DNA of 64,000 nucleotides from a virus. Position numbers and translations under genes: made by a program. This document shows, piece by piece, positions 37,618 to 46,803 of the stretch (positions are counted from its first letter, which is position 1; every line of letters starts with the position of its first letter). The DNA lies in the IMG/VR virus record IMGVR_UViG_3300028920_000002, positions 64,001-128,000 of that record; one strand, given 5' to 3'. A model generated the notes under the pieces. The model ran no database searches. It saw only the letters and a list, made by a program, of their open reading frames with translations, and was not told the DNA's origin.

Positions 37618-38277
37618 ATGCCTATGCAACACTGCCCGGTAGTCACCGGCTACTTGAATGGCATCAAGGATGCGCTGCCGATAGAAGATGCTCTGTCAGC
37701 TGATGTCTGGGACGAAGTACGGGAGTTGTGCGCTCTCGTACAAGAGACCTATGCGATGGTGGCCGCACAGCGGCTGCGCGCCTTCTACATCACAGAAGCG
37801 TATTACCACTCGCTCCTACCCTCGCAGGCGTGGCTGCTGGATGAACCAGAGCTCAAAGCCAGGATTCTGGAGCTGCGACTACCACGCTCGAAAGAAGGTA
37901 TCGAGGAGCTCGAGTCTTTGCTACGCACGCTCGAGAGGAAGGTTGTAGTTCGCCAGTCTTGCCTGCTGCTCAGAGAAGAGCGCGGTGTGGGTGGCGGTTA
38001 CACCACCAACGATGCTCAGCTCGCTTCCATGTTAGAGAAGCCGGGTGTCGTGCTGAAGTATGGCATTCAGGCCGCCGAGTTGTTCAAGACCCAACTTCGA
38101 GGCGAAGCTCTGCAGCTCAAGCGTGTGGGGGAGCTGTTCGGCAGAGCTTTCGTGGAATCGGGGACGGAGTCCCAGTACTACATACGACATGCTCGGGTGA
38201 TGTTGCACATCACACCGACGCGAGGAGTGAGCCCATGGAACACGACGAGCGAATTCCTGGAGTCACCTTCTTTGTAG
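37618..38277 (+). CDS. hypothetical protein
   Basis: 219-aa ORF with GGAGG SD. Confidence 0.7.
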   Translation: MPMQHCPVVTGYLNGIKDALPIEDALSADVWDEVRELCALVQETYAMVAAQRLRAFYITEAYYHSLLPSQAWLLDEPELKARILELRLPRSKEGIEELESLLRTLERKVVVRQSCLLLREERGVGGGYTTNDAQLASMLEKPGVVLKYGIQAAELFKTQLRGEALQLKRVGELFGRAFVESGTESQYYIRHARVMLHITPTRGVSPWNTTSEFLESPSL

Positions 38278-38660
38278 AAGAAGCTACGCAGAATCCGACC
38301 AACAACCCCAAGCTACAGGCGAGGGGCAGGGTCGTGCTCGAGGCAGACATTGTCGACGATAAAGTCTGGGATGTAGTCACCAAGAAGTTGGATGGGTGGC
38401 GCGTTTACGAAGGGGCAGACCTATCCCAGGCGATGATTGAAGCAGCCCAGCTACGGCGTAAGCGTGCCGAGGAAGAAGCTGAGAAGCTCAAGACCGAGTA
38501 CCAGCGTGAGCTGGAGACTCTTCGGCAGCGCAACAGCTTCCTCGAGGAGGAGAACCGTCGCCTGCTGAAGGAGAAGGTGGAGCTTGAACGGGGTATCCAC
38601 CAGGCCCTCAAGCCCGTGGACGAGCTCGAGGCCGCCCTCGCAGACCTCAAAAAGGCGTAG
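38235..38660 (+). CDS. coiled-coil hypothetical protein
   Basis: GAGGAG SD; heptad-rich C-terminus. Confidence 0.65.
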   Translation: MEHDERIPGVTFFVEEATQNPTNNPKLQARGRVVLEADIVDDKVWDVVTKKLDGWRVYEGADLSQAMIEAAQLRRKRAEEEAEKLKTEYQRELETLRQRNSFLEEENRRLLKEKVELERGIHQALKPVDELEAALADLKKA

Positions 38661-38698
38661 TCTTTCCGCTTTGGGGCCCGGTGTTGTACACTGGGCCC

Positions 38699-39130
38699 AT
38701 GGACCAGTACGACCGGGCATTCTACGACGACCTGCAGAAGGAAGCGGCCTCGACGGTGGAAGACAACGAGGACTCCATGACCGGTGGAGAGAATCCGGTC
38801 GAGCCCAAGGCTGGGGACCCGCCTTCCGACGAAGGCACCATCGATGCCTCATGGGGTGAGAACGACACTCCCGGCAAGAAGAACGACCCAGTTCACCTCA
38901 GCGATGCGGTGGCGAGCTCGATTCAGGAGAGCCGACAGAAGCTCCTGGACCGATGCTTCGCTCAGAAGCCAGCGGCCCAGCGGGCTGCGCAGAGCTTCGT
39001 GAGCCAGCATCTCTCGCACGCCGCCAGCGGAGACTTCGAGAGCCGTGCCCCTCTACTCGAGGGAAAAGCCAAACAGGCATCAGCCTGCGAAACGCTGAGG
39101 GACCAGGTCTCTCGCGTCTTCGAGGACTGA
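38699..39130 (+). CDS. hypothetical protein (KEA/KQA sites)
   Basis: TACACT 6 nt before ATG, no SD. Confidence 0.6.
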   Translation: MDQYDRAFYDDLQKEAASTVEDNEDSMTGGENPVEPKAGDPPSDEGTIDASWGENDTPGKKNDPVHLSDAVASSIQESRQKLLDRCFAQKPAAQRAAQSFVSQHLSHAASGDFESRAPLLEGKAKQASACETLRDQVSRVFED

Positions 39131-39154
39131 TGCTGAAAACTGCTGCGCTGCTCG

Positions 39155-39171
39155 GGGATAAGAGCAGTGGA
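39155..39171 (+). promoter_or_regulatory. class-1 motif upstream of sigma gene
   Basis: GGGATAA-GAGCAG-TGGA. Confidence 0.7.
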
Positions 39172-39177
39172 GAGCAA

Positions 39178-39963
39178 ATGGCGCGCAAGAATCCACTGGA
39201 CAGTGCGCTCTCCGCAAAGGAGAAGCTCGCGGCTCAGCGCCGCGCAGAAGATATCCAAGCGTGGGAAACGTGGAAGAAGCAGCCCACGCCCGAGAACACT
39301 CACGTCCTGCTGAACCGTTTCGAGCCAGTCTTTCGCCAGAAGGTGAGGGACTGGAAGGCCCCCAACACGAGAACTGGCGCCTTCAAAGCTAACCTCAAGC
39401 TTCACGCGGGCAACGCGTTCGAGAGCTACGACCCCAACCGAGGGGCTAGCCTGCGTACCCACGTGGAGAACCATCTGAAGAAGTCGATGCGCTTCAACCA
39501 GAGGTACCAGAATGCTCGCTACATGCCTGAAGGGCAGACCGAGCTCATCGGACCTATCCAAAAAGCGCACGGCACTTTGATGGACCAGCTGGGACGGGAC
39601 CCGACGCACCGAGAGATTGCTAGCTACATCAACCAAACCCCGGAGCTCATAGGCCGACGTAAGCCGTTGAGCGCCGCGAAGGTGAAGCGCATCTCCACAG
39701 CTGCGTTGGAAAAGGACATCATCGGGTCCACCTTCGAGAGCGACCCGACGCCTCGAGCGTCAAAGAGGGAGTTCGAGGTCATTGGGCAGCTACGCCCGAC
39801 GCTGACGCGTGATGAACAGGAAGTCTTCGACTACCTGTACGGCCAAAACGGCAAACCGCGTATCGGCTCCACCAGCCAGCTGGCTGGCAAACTAGGTAAG
39901 AGTCAGTCACAAGTCTCACGTTTGAAGAGTGGGATTCTGGCCAAGTACAAGCACTACTACTAG
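39178..39963 (+). CDS. phage sigma70-family (FliA/SigF-like) factor
   Basis: region 2 AFESYDPNRGASLRTH, region 3 LGRDPTHREIA, region 4 LTRDEQEV..SQLAGKLGKSQSQVSRL. Confidence 0.85.
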   Translation: MARKNPLDSALSAKEKLAAQRRAEDIQAWETWKKQPTPENTHVLLNRFEPVFRQKVRDWKAPNTRTGAFKANLKLHAGNAFESYDPNRGASLRTHVENHLKKSMRFNQRYQNARYMPEGQTELIGPIQKAHGTLMDQLGRDPTHREIASYINQTPELIGRRKPLSAAKVKRISTAALEKDIIGSTFESDPTPRASKREFEVIGQLRPTLTRDEQEVFDYLYGQNGKPRIGSTSQLAGKLGKSQSQVSRLKSGILAKYKHYY

Positions 39964-39983
39964 TCGGGTACAACAACCCTGAC

Positions 39984-41144
39984 ATGCAGTACGACCAAGC
40001 TCGGGATACTAAGCGTGCGCGTTTAGCGCGTGAACGCTTGGAGACGAGGTTCAGGCTTGGCGAGCGCGAGCAGACGGCACTTCTCGAGCGTGTCTCGAAG
40101 ATGGTCATCGTCGACAAGCTCGTGCCCCCTGCGCGGATGTACTTCTCCTGGAAGGGAGGAGTCCGCGTAGCATACGGCTCCGAGGACGCGACCGCGATGC
40201 CTATTCACGGCCATGCCCTATCGCAGATGTGCGGTGTGGCGGGTATCGCTAAGGTCTACGTGAACAGACTCGCCAAGGGAGAGGCTTGGGAGCACACGCT
40301 CCTGGTCCACAACTTGAACGAGCTATTTCACCGAGGCAAATACAAGGACCGGCGTGGGCAGCCCGCCAAGTTCCTGAGTCGCAGCGTGGACGATGAAGTG
40401 CGCGGGTTCCTCTCGCGTAGTTTCAATCGACACTTGGCGAGCGCTCCTCTCCTTAGAGCGTTCATTGCCAGCTGTGGGCAGATGGGAGCGAAACCGGTCG
40501 AGGCTGGAGCCTCACCCATTCACTTCAGCCTGAAGTGCTTTCTCCCCTACGTATTCGAGCCTGTGGACGGCGAGTTCCTGAGCGTTGGATGCGGGTGGGC
40601 GAACTCGGACTTCGGCTCGGGCAGGATGCGGGTGGCGCTTTCTGGCTTGCGGGTCAGCTCGGGAACTACTTCCGTCCTGGAGGACGCTATCAGTAGGGTC
40701 CACATCGGCTCCGTCATCCAGGAGTCCGACATCGAGCTGAGCGACGAGGCATCACGCAAGGAGATGGAAGCTCAGGCGGAGGCAATCCGTAGCAGCGTCC
40801 ATAAGCTGTTGGAGCCGGCCAATGTGACCCGGCTTCTGAAGCTGGTCCGAATGGCGCATGAGGAGGCAGTTCCGTGGCACAAGCTCAAGGATGAATTGGG
40901 CAGACTGCTGCAGAAGAAGGAGCTCGAGACCGTCGAAGAGATGTTGAGAAGCAACGCAGACGACATCATCGACCTCCCGCCGCCTAGTTACAACGACGAC
41001 AACGAACCAGTGGCCAACCGATGGTGGGCGAGCAACGTCCTAGGACACCTGGCCAACAAAGAGTCGAGTGTGGAGCGCAAGAAGGACCTTCAGACCCTCG
41101 CGGGCAGCATCCTTGGTAAGACCAAGGGAGCCAACAAGCTTTGA
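39984..41144 (+). CDS. DUF932-like protein
   Basis: VRGFLSRSFN, ANSDFGSG, RVHIGS pattern. Confidence 0.6.
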   Translation: MQYDQARDTKRARLARERLETRFRLGEREQTALLERVSKMVIVDKLVPPARMYFSWKGGVRVAYGSEDATAMPIHGHALSQMCGVAGIAKVYVNRLAKGEAWEHTLLVHNLNELFHRGKYKDRRGQPAKFLSRSVDDEVRGFLSRSFNRHLASAPLLRAFIASCGQMGAKPVEAGASPIHFSLKCFLPYVFEPVDGEFLSVGCGWANSDFGSGRMRVALSGLRVSSGTTSVLEDAISRVHIGSVIQESDIELSDEASRKEMEAQAEAIRSSVHKLLEPANVTRLLKLVRMAHEEAVPWHKLKDELGRLLQKKELETVEEMLRSNADDIIDLPPPSYNDDNEPVANRWWASNVLGHLANKESSVERKKDLQTLAGSILGKTKGANKL

Positions 41145-41181
41145 GGTTTGGCGGGCGAAAGCCCGCCAACCCTCTACTAGC
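41145..41181 (+). terminator. GAAA-tetraloop hairpin + CTAGC tail
   Basis: TTGGCGGGC-GAAA-GCCCGCCAA then CCCTCTACTAGC. Confidence 0.7.
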
Positions 41182-41184
41182 TAC

Positions 41185-41201
41185 GGAATAAGAGTCTCGG
41201 A
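41185..41201 (+). promoter_or_regulatory. class-1 motif
   Basis: GGAATAA-GAGTCT-CGGA. Confidence 0.7.
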
Positions 41202-41209
41202 GGTAGACT

Positions 41210-41434
41210 ATGTTTCACCTGTACCAGTTGTTGAAGCTACTGGAGTTGGCGTACGCCGCCGACCCCAACCAGGCGATGGGAGAGCTGGGCAAACTGTTGC
41301 ACCACGCTGAGAAGAACGGTCACTCCGTCACCGCATCTATGCTACGAGAAGCAGCGGCCAACTTGGCCGATGGGTTGCCACTGAGGGTCCTCGGGCATCA
41401 GGGGCAGTTGCAGGGAGTACGAGAATGTCAGTGA
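41210..41434 (+). CDS. hypothetical protein
   Basis: 74-aa ORF, GGAGG SD. Confidence 0.6.
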   Translation: MFHLYQLLKLLELAYAADPNQAMGELGKLLHHAEKNGHSVTASMLREAAANLADGLPLRVLGHQGQLQGVRECQ

Positions 41435-41598
41435 ACAAGCCAGCGCGGTTCACACTGCGCAAGAAGAAGGAAGCCAGGGCCGACTTGTTGAGAATCATCA
41501 AGGAAGGCTTCGAGCCGCACCCTTCCACGTGCGAGCTGCTTGAGTGGCTGAGCTACGAGATTCAGAAGGCGGAGGAGAAGTCCACGCGCAATGGCTAA
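41425..41598 (+). CDS. small hypothetical protein (57 aa, not in ORF track)
   Basis: GGAG SD; ATGGCTAA overlap with RNase HII. Confidence 0.55.
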   Translation: MSVNKPARFTLRKKKEARADLLRIIKEGFEPHPSTCELLEWLSYEIQKAEEKSTRNG

Positions 41599-42247
41599 GC
41601 CGGTTACGGTGAGCCCGTCTCAGCAGGAGGCCCTGCGTCGAATCGAGGAAGCCGATGTGGAGTACATCATCGGTATCGACGAAGTGGGTCTCGGTCCTTG
41701 GGCGGGCCCCGTCACCGTCGGTGCGGTGGTGGTGCCCAAGGGCTGGAGACATCACAGTGTGCGGGACTCCAAGCAGCTTTCTGCTAAGGCCAGGTTGGCG
41801 GCCACGAGATTCATCTACGACGCGGCGGTAGCCCACTGTGTCATCAGCTCTCCGGTTGAGGACATCGACAAGTACGGGTTGAAGAAGGCGCATGCCTTGG
41901 TCACGGAGGGTGCCGCCCTCTACTGCCTGAAGCGCTATCCTGATGCACTCATCGTTCAAGACGGCGACATCCCAGTCACCGTGGATGGCCGCCCGCAGAA
42001 GATGGTCTGGCTCCCCAAGGCCGACGTCCTGGTCCCAGCAGTGAGTGCGGCTAGCATCATCGCCAAGCTGAACAGGGATGCTTTCATGACGAAGGCGGCC
42101 AAGGAGTTTCCTGGCTACGGATTCGCTCAGAACAAGGGCTATGGGACCAGTCAGCACATCGAGGGGCTGAAGAAGCATGGTGTCTGCTCTCTCCACCGCA
42201 AGAGCTACAAGCCGGTGAAGCGGTTCCTCGAATCTGGTAGACTCTGA
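41591..42247 (+). CDS. rnhB: ribonuclease HII
   Basis: GIDEVGLGPWAGPV, RDSKQLS, KAD..VSAASIIAKLNRD, NKGYGT..H, HRKSY. Confidence 0.93.
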   Translation: MAKPVTVSPSQQEALRRIEEADVEYIIGIDEVGLGPWAGPVTVGAVVVPKGWRHHSVRDSKQLSAKARLAATRFIYDAAVAHCVISSPVEDIDKYGLKKAHALVTEGAALYCLKRYPDALIVQDGDIPVTVDGRPQKMVWLPKADVLVPAVSAASIIAKLNRDAFMTKAAKEFPGYGFAQNKGYGTSQHIEGLKKHGVCSLHRKSYKPVKRFLESGRL

Positions 42248-42249
42248 AC

Positions 42250-42480
42250 GTGGCTCAGGGCGAACAAGAGAAGCGGGCGGCTCGAGACGAGCGGCTGACC
42301 AAGCTGCAGCAGGCCACTAACGAGTGGGCCGACAAGGAAGAAGACAGGCTCAACAAGGAAGTCGCGCTGGCGAAGAAGATACTGCTCGGCCGAACTGGAG
42401 CTGAGCGGCTCAACAACGCTTCGGTCCAGTCGGCATCTGAGCTGTTGGTCGATGAACTCAACAACTTTCTAGCAGGATGA
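42250..42480 (+). CDS. hypothetical protein
   Basis: TG-G-TAGACT 6 nt before GTG. Confidence 0.6.
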   Translation: MAQGEQEKRAARDERLTKLQQATNEWADKEEDRLNKEVALAKKILLGRTGAERLNNASVQSASELLVDELNNFLAG

Positions 42481-42483
42481 GAC

Positions 42484-42795
42484 ATGACGGAAGAAGTGAA
42501 GAAGGTGCCCGCAGCACCGACCCCGAACAAGGACAACGGCCAGACCACCAAGGAGAGCCTCCCGGTCATCGAGGAGCTCGATAGGCTGAAGCTGGAGAAT
42601 GCCGAGCTTCGGCTGCGCAATCTTGGGATGCAGCACGACCGTCTTCATGAGGACTTGAAGGACTGTCGGGCGCAGATGACCAAACAGGTTCAGGAGCTCG
42701 AGGCATTCAAGGTCCAGCTTCAGGTGAAGTACAAGGTCGACCTCAGCATGTATCAGATGCGTGCCGGCGACGGTGCGCTCATCCCAAAGGGGTAG
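42484..42795 (+). CDS. coiled-coil hypothetical protein
   Basis: 103-aa ORF. Confidence 0.65.
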   Translation: MTEEVKKVPAAPTPNKDNGQTTKESLPVIEELDRLKLENAELRLRNLGMQHDRLHEDLKDCRAQMTKQVQELEAFKVQLQVKYKVDLSMYQMRAGDGALIPKG

Positions 42796-42798
42796 CTC

Positions 42799-43830
42799 AT
42801 GGCAGTCAGCATCGTCAGACCCGTCAACCTCAGCTCGGAGGAGCTGCAGCTGGTCGAGCTGCACATCTTCGTGGTTGACGAGGATTGGGTAGGGGACTTT
42901 GACCAAATCGAGGTCTGGCGTTCCAAGACCACGTCCTCGGGCCCATATGAGGAGCTGACTGCCGAGACCTGGCGTTACGCGCGACTCCCCCACGGCGCTG
43001 GTGACATTCCATCCACCCCGGTGACTGGGGCTGACGTCATCGTCGTGGGGTCGGACCTGCAGCTGCGCCTCAACGAGAGGGATGACCTGACCATCCTGTT
43101 CACTGGGACGGACCCCCTGACCCTCACGCAGGTGGCATCCCAGATTGTGGCGGGCGGACTCACCCGGGTGAACAGCTACGTGGACGAAGATGGCCTGCTG
43201 GTCATCGAGACCACTGAGCCCGGAACCGGCGCCCTGCTCCGCATCGTGGGCGGGGAGGCCACCGGCATACTGGGCCTGCCCACCGAGGAGCCGGAGAGCC
43301 TGGCCAACGGCCGGGACCCGCGCATCACCCTCATGCAGGGGACCAGCGAGTACATCTTCAGCGACATCCGCGGCTCTGAGGGCTACTACTACAAGACCAG
43401 GTTCCGAAACAGCTTCAGCCAGGCGGTCAGCGAGTTCTCACAGCCCTTCCCTGTAGGACAGGCCCTTGGCCTCTCGGCCGCTCGGGTGGTCTGCGGGCGG
43501 CTCGACCTGGTGGCCCAGGACGGCAAACCGCTGCGCAACGTGGAGGTCCACGTATTCAACGGCCACAGAGGTCAAATCGTCGATGACAAGCTGGTGGCTG
43601 GCCCGGTCCAATCGCAGCTCAGCGACCGCTCTGGACGCGTGGAGTTTCACCTGGTGCGCGGAATGAGGGCGACCGTGACCATCATGGGCACTGACATCAC
43701 CCGGGATATCGAGGTGCCCTCTGACGAGAACGTCAAGGTTTTCAACCTGCTGGACCCCACAGTTTCAGTAGAGGATGTGTTCACCGTTCAGGTGCCCAAC
43801 ATCGTCTATGCCCAGCGAAGAAGCCTCTGA
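42799..43830 (+). CDS. putative virion structural protein
   Basis: beta-rich; module related to that in 1396..2409 plus Ig-like C-terminus. Confidence 0.55.
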   Translation: MAVSIVRPVNLSSEELQLVELHIFVVDEDWVGDFDQIEVWRSKTTSSGPYEELTAETWRYARLPHGAGDIPSTPVTGADVIVVGSDLQLRLNERDDLTILFTGTDPLTLTQVASQIVAGGLTRVNSYVDEDGLLVIETTEPGTGALLRIVGGEATGILGLPTEEPESLANGRDPRITLMQGTSEYIFSDIRGSEGYYYKTRFRNSFSQAVSEFSQPFPVGQALGLSAARVVCGRLDLVAQDGKPLRNVEVHVFNGHRGQIVDDKLVAGPVQSQLSDRSGRVEFHLVRGMRATVTIMGTDITRDIEVPSDENVKVFNLLDPTVSVEDVFTVQVPNIVYAQRRSL

Positions 43831-44065
43831 CGCGCGCATCACCGTAGTCTTCCCCGGAAAGGGCGGGCGTACGGGAATTTGCCCGCTGAGCCACGTCCCT
43901 GGTAAGCGCATCAAGGACTACCTGCGGACCCCTCCTCTCGCAGCACAGGGGCTCGTGGGCATGGTGGCCAAGCGGGGGAAGATGTACACCCGCGGTGGCC
44001 AACGGATTCGTTTTTACTACGTCCCCAATCCCGGAGATGTCATAGTGCTCATTGCTATGGGCTGA
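43808..44065 (+). CDS. small protein, possible beta-grasp (ubiquitin/TGS-like) fold
   Basis: ITVVFP..RIKDYLR..RIRFYYVPNPGDVIVL. Confidence 0.4.
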   Translation: MPSEEASDARITVVFPGKGGRTGICPLSHVPGKRIKDYLRTPPLAAQGLVGMVAKRGKMYTRGGQRIRFYYVPNPGDVIVLIAMG

Positions 44066-44075
44066 AGGAGGGAAG

Positions 44076-44978
44076 ATGTCGGCCTACGAGCAAGTCGATG
44101 TCTACGTCAAAACGAAGGCGGAGCCGAACACACCCGTCGAGGGAGTACTCGTTCGGGTTTACGAGCAAGACGGCTCCCTCATCTTCAGCGAAGCCGCCAC
44201 CGATGCCGACGGTCACGTCGGCTTTCTTTTGTGGTCGGGCAAGACGTACTCTCTGCGCTTCTACAAGTTCCAGGTGGGCTTCACCCAACCTCAGCTCATC
44301 GAGGTGAAGACCGAGGTGATGACGCCCGGGACTACGCCCAACACGTTCGACGTTGAGGCTGAAGTGCTCGAGTTCCCAGTGGCCAACGACTCCCGTTTGT
44401 GCCGGGCGTCTGGCTATTTCCGAGACATCACTGGGGCGCCCTACGCTAACCTAGACATGCACTTTCGTGGGCGTTTCCCCGTAGCTCTACTCGAGGGCTC
44501 TGGAGTGGTGAACGCCACCCGCATCGTGCGTACTGACGATGACGGCTACGCCTGTGTGGACTTAGTGCGCTGCGCGTTGTACGAAGTGACGATGGAGACT
44601 CTCGAGGGTGTGCGCCGCTGCATCAAGGTGCCGGACGCGCCGAGCGTGAATCTGCCAGACCTACTGTTCGCAAAGGTGGAAGCGGTGGGCTTCGAGCCGG
44701 AGGGTCCGTTCCAGTTGACCGTCGGCGGCGAGCTCGAGCTGGTCACCACTGTGGTCGGCACCGACGGGGTGCCCCTGGACGGGCCGGCCATCCAAGACGT
44801 CTTGTGGAAGACCAGCGACAACGGGGTCTTCTCCTTCACCACCACCGCCACGGGCCTGCTCCTTCGGGGCGTGGGTGTTGGGACTGCCGAATTACAGGCA
44901 GAGCGGAAGGATGAGAGCATCGTGAGCATTCCGGCCGCGCCGATATCGGGCGTGCCCATCGCCGTCGTCGTAACGTGA
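44076..44978 (+). CDS. putative virion protein with Ig-like domains
   Basis: PVEGVLVRVY..ATDADG carboxypeptidase-regulatory-like and Big-2-like segments. Confidence 0.55.
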   Translation: MSAYEQVDVYVKTKAEPNTPVEGVLVRVYEQDGSLIFSEAATDADGHVGFLLWSGKTYSLRFYKFQVGFTQPQLIEVKTEVMTPGTTPNTFDVEAEVLEFPVANDSRLCRASGYFRDITGAPYANLDMHFRGRFPVALLEGSGVVNATRIVRTDDDGYACVDLVRCALYEVTMETLEGVRRCIKVPDAPSVNLPDLLFAKVEAVGFEPEGPFQLTVGGELELVTTVVGTDGVPLDGPAIQDVLWKTSDNGVFSFTTTATGLLLRGVGVGTAELQAERKDESIVSIPAAPISGVPIAVVVT

Positions 44979-45637
44979 CCGCCTCTGCCGCCGCCTCCGC
45001 CGTGTACACGCTCTCCGCTCTGCTGGAGGTGCAGGTGGAGGCTCTGGCGCTGGGGGCGCCTGTGCGGCCCATCCTGGCCGCCACGATGGCAGCGCTCGAG
45101 GCCACCCTGGGGAGCCTGTCGTCGCCCCCACCGCCTCCTGTGGCGCCCCTGGTGCCCGAGGAGATGCCTCTCAGCGCCTGGGACCCCGAGCCGCACGACG
45201 TGGTCATGGAGGCCAGCAAGTGCCGTGCACTGCTACTGGAAATTGTCCGGCGGGCCGCCCACGACTGGGTCTTGTATCGGCTCAGCAAGAAGATGACCGA
45301 GCTCGAGCTCGCGGAGGACGCCTACGTCTGGATGTTCGAGGAGGACCCGGCCCATTCTTGGGCGCGCCGTCGGGAGGGCACACCCAAGATGCTCACCAGC
45401 TTCCTGACCATCTGTGAGCTGCTGGACCTCAACCCGCGGGTGGTGCGGGAGCGCGTCAAGAAGATGACGGTCAAGAGCATCATGACCGCCGGCAGGCCCG
45501 CCGAGCGTCGGCGGCAGTACCGGGACGAGCCGGCACGCGTGGAGGACTACTCCTTGGTGGATGGCATGAGCGTGCCGCCTGAGGACGAGTCCGACTACCG
45601 CACGTCCTACGAGGCTCACTTCGCCATCGGAATGTAG
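44975..45637 (+). CDS. hypothetical protein
   Basis: AAHDW..AYVWMF..SFLTICELLDLNP motif common in phage proteins. Confidence 0.65.
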   Translation: MTASAAASAVYTLSALLEVQVEALALGAPVRPILAATMAALEATLGSLSSPPPPPVAPLVPEEMPLSAWDPEPHDVVMEASKCRALLLEIVRRAAHDWVLYRLSKKMTELELAEDAYVWMFEEDPAHSWARRREGTPKMLTSFLTICELLDLNPRVVRERVKKMTVKSIMTAGRPAERRRQYRDEPARVEDYSLVDGMSVPPEDESDYRTSYEAHFAIGM

Positions 45638-45671
45638 GGCTAGCGAAACGGCCGGTTTGCACCGGCCGCCT
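45638..45671 (-). terminator. hairpin + TTTCGCTAGCCC
   Basis: GGCGGCCGG-TGCAAA-CCGGCCGTT then TCGCTAGCCC on minus strand. Confidence 0.65.
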
Positions 45672-45673
45672 CG

Positions 45674-45901
45674 CTAATTCATGAGGCGGTGCCGCTCCTG
45701 GTAGAGTCTCTCGAGCGCGTCGTTGACGGCCTCCACGGTAGAGGCTCCGTAACCGTTGAAGGTCTTCTGCTGCATCAAGTCCTGAAGCGGTTGGTGCACC
45801 AAACCGCCGGCGAGTCTGCCTACGCCCATGGCGATGTTCTCGTCAGCGAGTCTCTTCATCAGCTCGCCGTAGGTCATCATCGGGTCAGCTCGAACGGTCA
45901 T
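45674..45901 (-). CDS. hypothetical protein
   Basis: AAGGAG SD, class-1 motif, terminator. Confidence 0.6.
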   Translation of the reverse strand: MTVRADPMMTYGELMKRLADENIAMGVGRLAGGLVHQPLQDLMQQKTFNGYGASTVEAVNDALERLYQERHRLMN

Positions 45902-45943
45902 GCGGTCACATTAGCTCCTTTCCGTGGTGGAACGGTAGGGTCC

Positions 45944-45997
45944 ACCACTCTTGTTATTCCGCAACGCGCTCTCTTTCTGCGGCATAAGAGCGACGGA
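45944..45997. promoter_or_regulatory. back-to-back class-1 motif pair
   Basis: minus GGAATAA-CAAGAG-TGGT (45944-45960) and plus GGCATAA-GAGCGA-CGGA (45981-45997), 20 nt apart. Confidence 0.7.
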
Positions 45998-46005
45998 GGA
46001 AGACT

Positions 46006-46215
46006 ATGGTCGACAAGAAGAAGCGTGCGAAGAAGACCTCGAAGATTGAGGTCAGCCACAAGCAGTGGGCGGAGTACAAGAGTGCTCTGCACTGCATTCA
46101 AGACATCTGTGCGCTGCTCTACGACGAGGAGGGCGAGGAGCTCGGCGACGTCAGTGGCGCAGACTTCCTGCAGGAGGTCGATACCTACCTGCGCAACTAC
46201 GGGTTCGTGAAGTGA
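46006..46215 (+). CDS. hypothetical protein
   Basis: 69 aa, GGAGG SD. Confidence 0.65.
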   Translation: MVDKKKRAKKTSKIEVSHKQWAEYKSALHCIQDICALLYDEEGEELGDVSGADFLQEVDTYLRNYGFVK

Positions 46216-46412
46216 CCATCTTCAGCAACGAGACCCACAAGCTGTACGTCATCAGCGTGCAGAAACAAGAAGTAGTGCAGCTCGCCAAGAGATGGGCGGA
46301 GCAAGGCTCCCGGAGTAAGTGGAGTACCGGGCCCTCTCTGGCTCTCTACGACGCCGTGCAAGAGCTGGTCGAATTGGAGGAAGCCGATGTTTCTACTAGC
46401 AACCGTGAATGA
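46212..46412 (+). CDS. hypothetical protein
   Basis: GTGA overlap. Confidence 0.55.
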   Translation: MTIFSNETHKLYVISVQKQEVVQLAKRWAEQGSRSKWSTGPSLALYDAVQELVELEEADVSTSNRE

Positions 46413-46803
46413 CCCACATGAGCTGGGCCCGATGTTTCTCTGCGCGGAGCTCGACGAGCGACATGTCAAAGACATCAAGCGCAGACATGAGCATTTCATG
46501 CAGACGAAGGGGGTCGATGAGGACCTGGCCTACGTCGAGTACAACGATGATGCTGCGTTCTACTACTCTGTCCCCATCAGCGGGGATGTAGAGCGCGGTG
46601 AGGTGGAAGACCTGCTCTACGACAAGGGGTACGTCGAGGTGCCTCAGGTTGCTACGGAGGGGGCCGAGCAGGTTGAAGTGTATGGCTTGCGTCTAGTCAT
46701 CAGCGAAGACACCTTCTTCTGGAGTGCCTATGTCAAGCACACTGCATGCGAGGTGAGCTCTCAGGACATCTATTTCAAGACGTGGGGAGGGAAGGATGCT
46801 TGA
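46387..46803 (+). CDS. hypothetical protein
   Basis: 138-aa acidic ORF. Confidence 0.65.
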   Translation: MFLLATVNDPHELGPMFLCAELDERHVKDIKRRHEHFMQTKGVDEDLAYVEYNDDAAFYYSVPISGDVERGEVEDLLYDKGYVEVPQVATEGAEQVEVYGLRLVISEDTFFWSAYVKHTACEVSSQDIYFKTWGGKDA

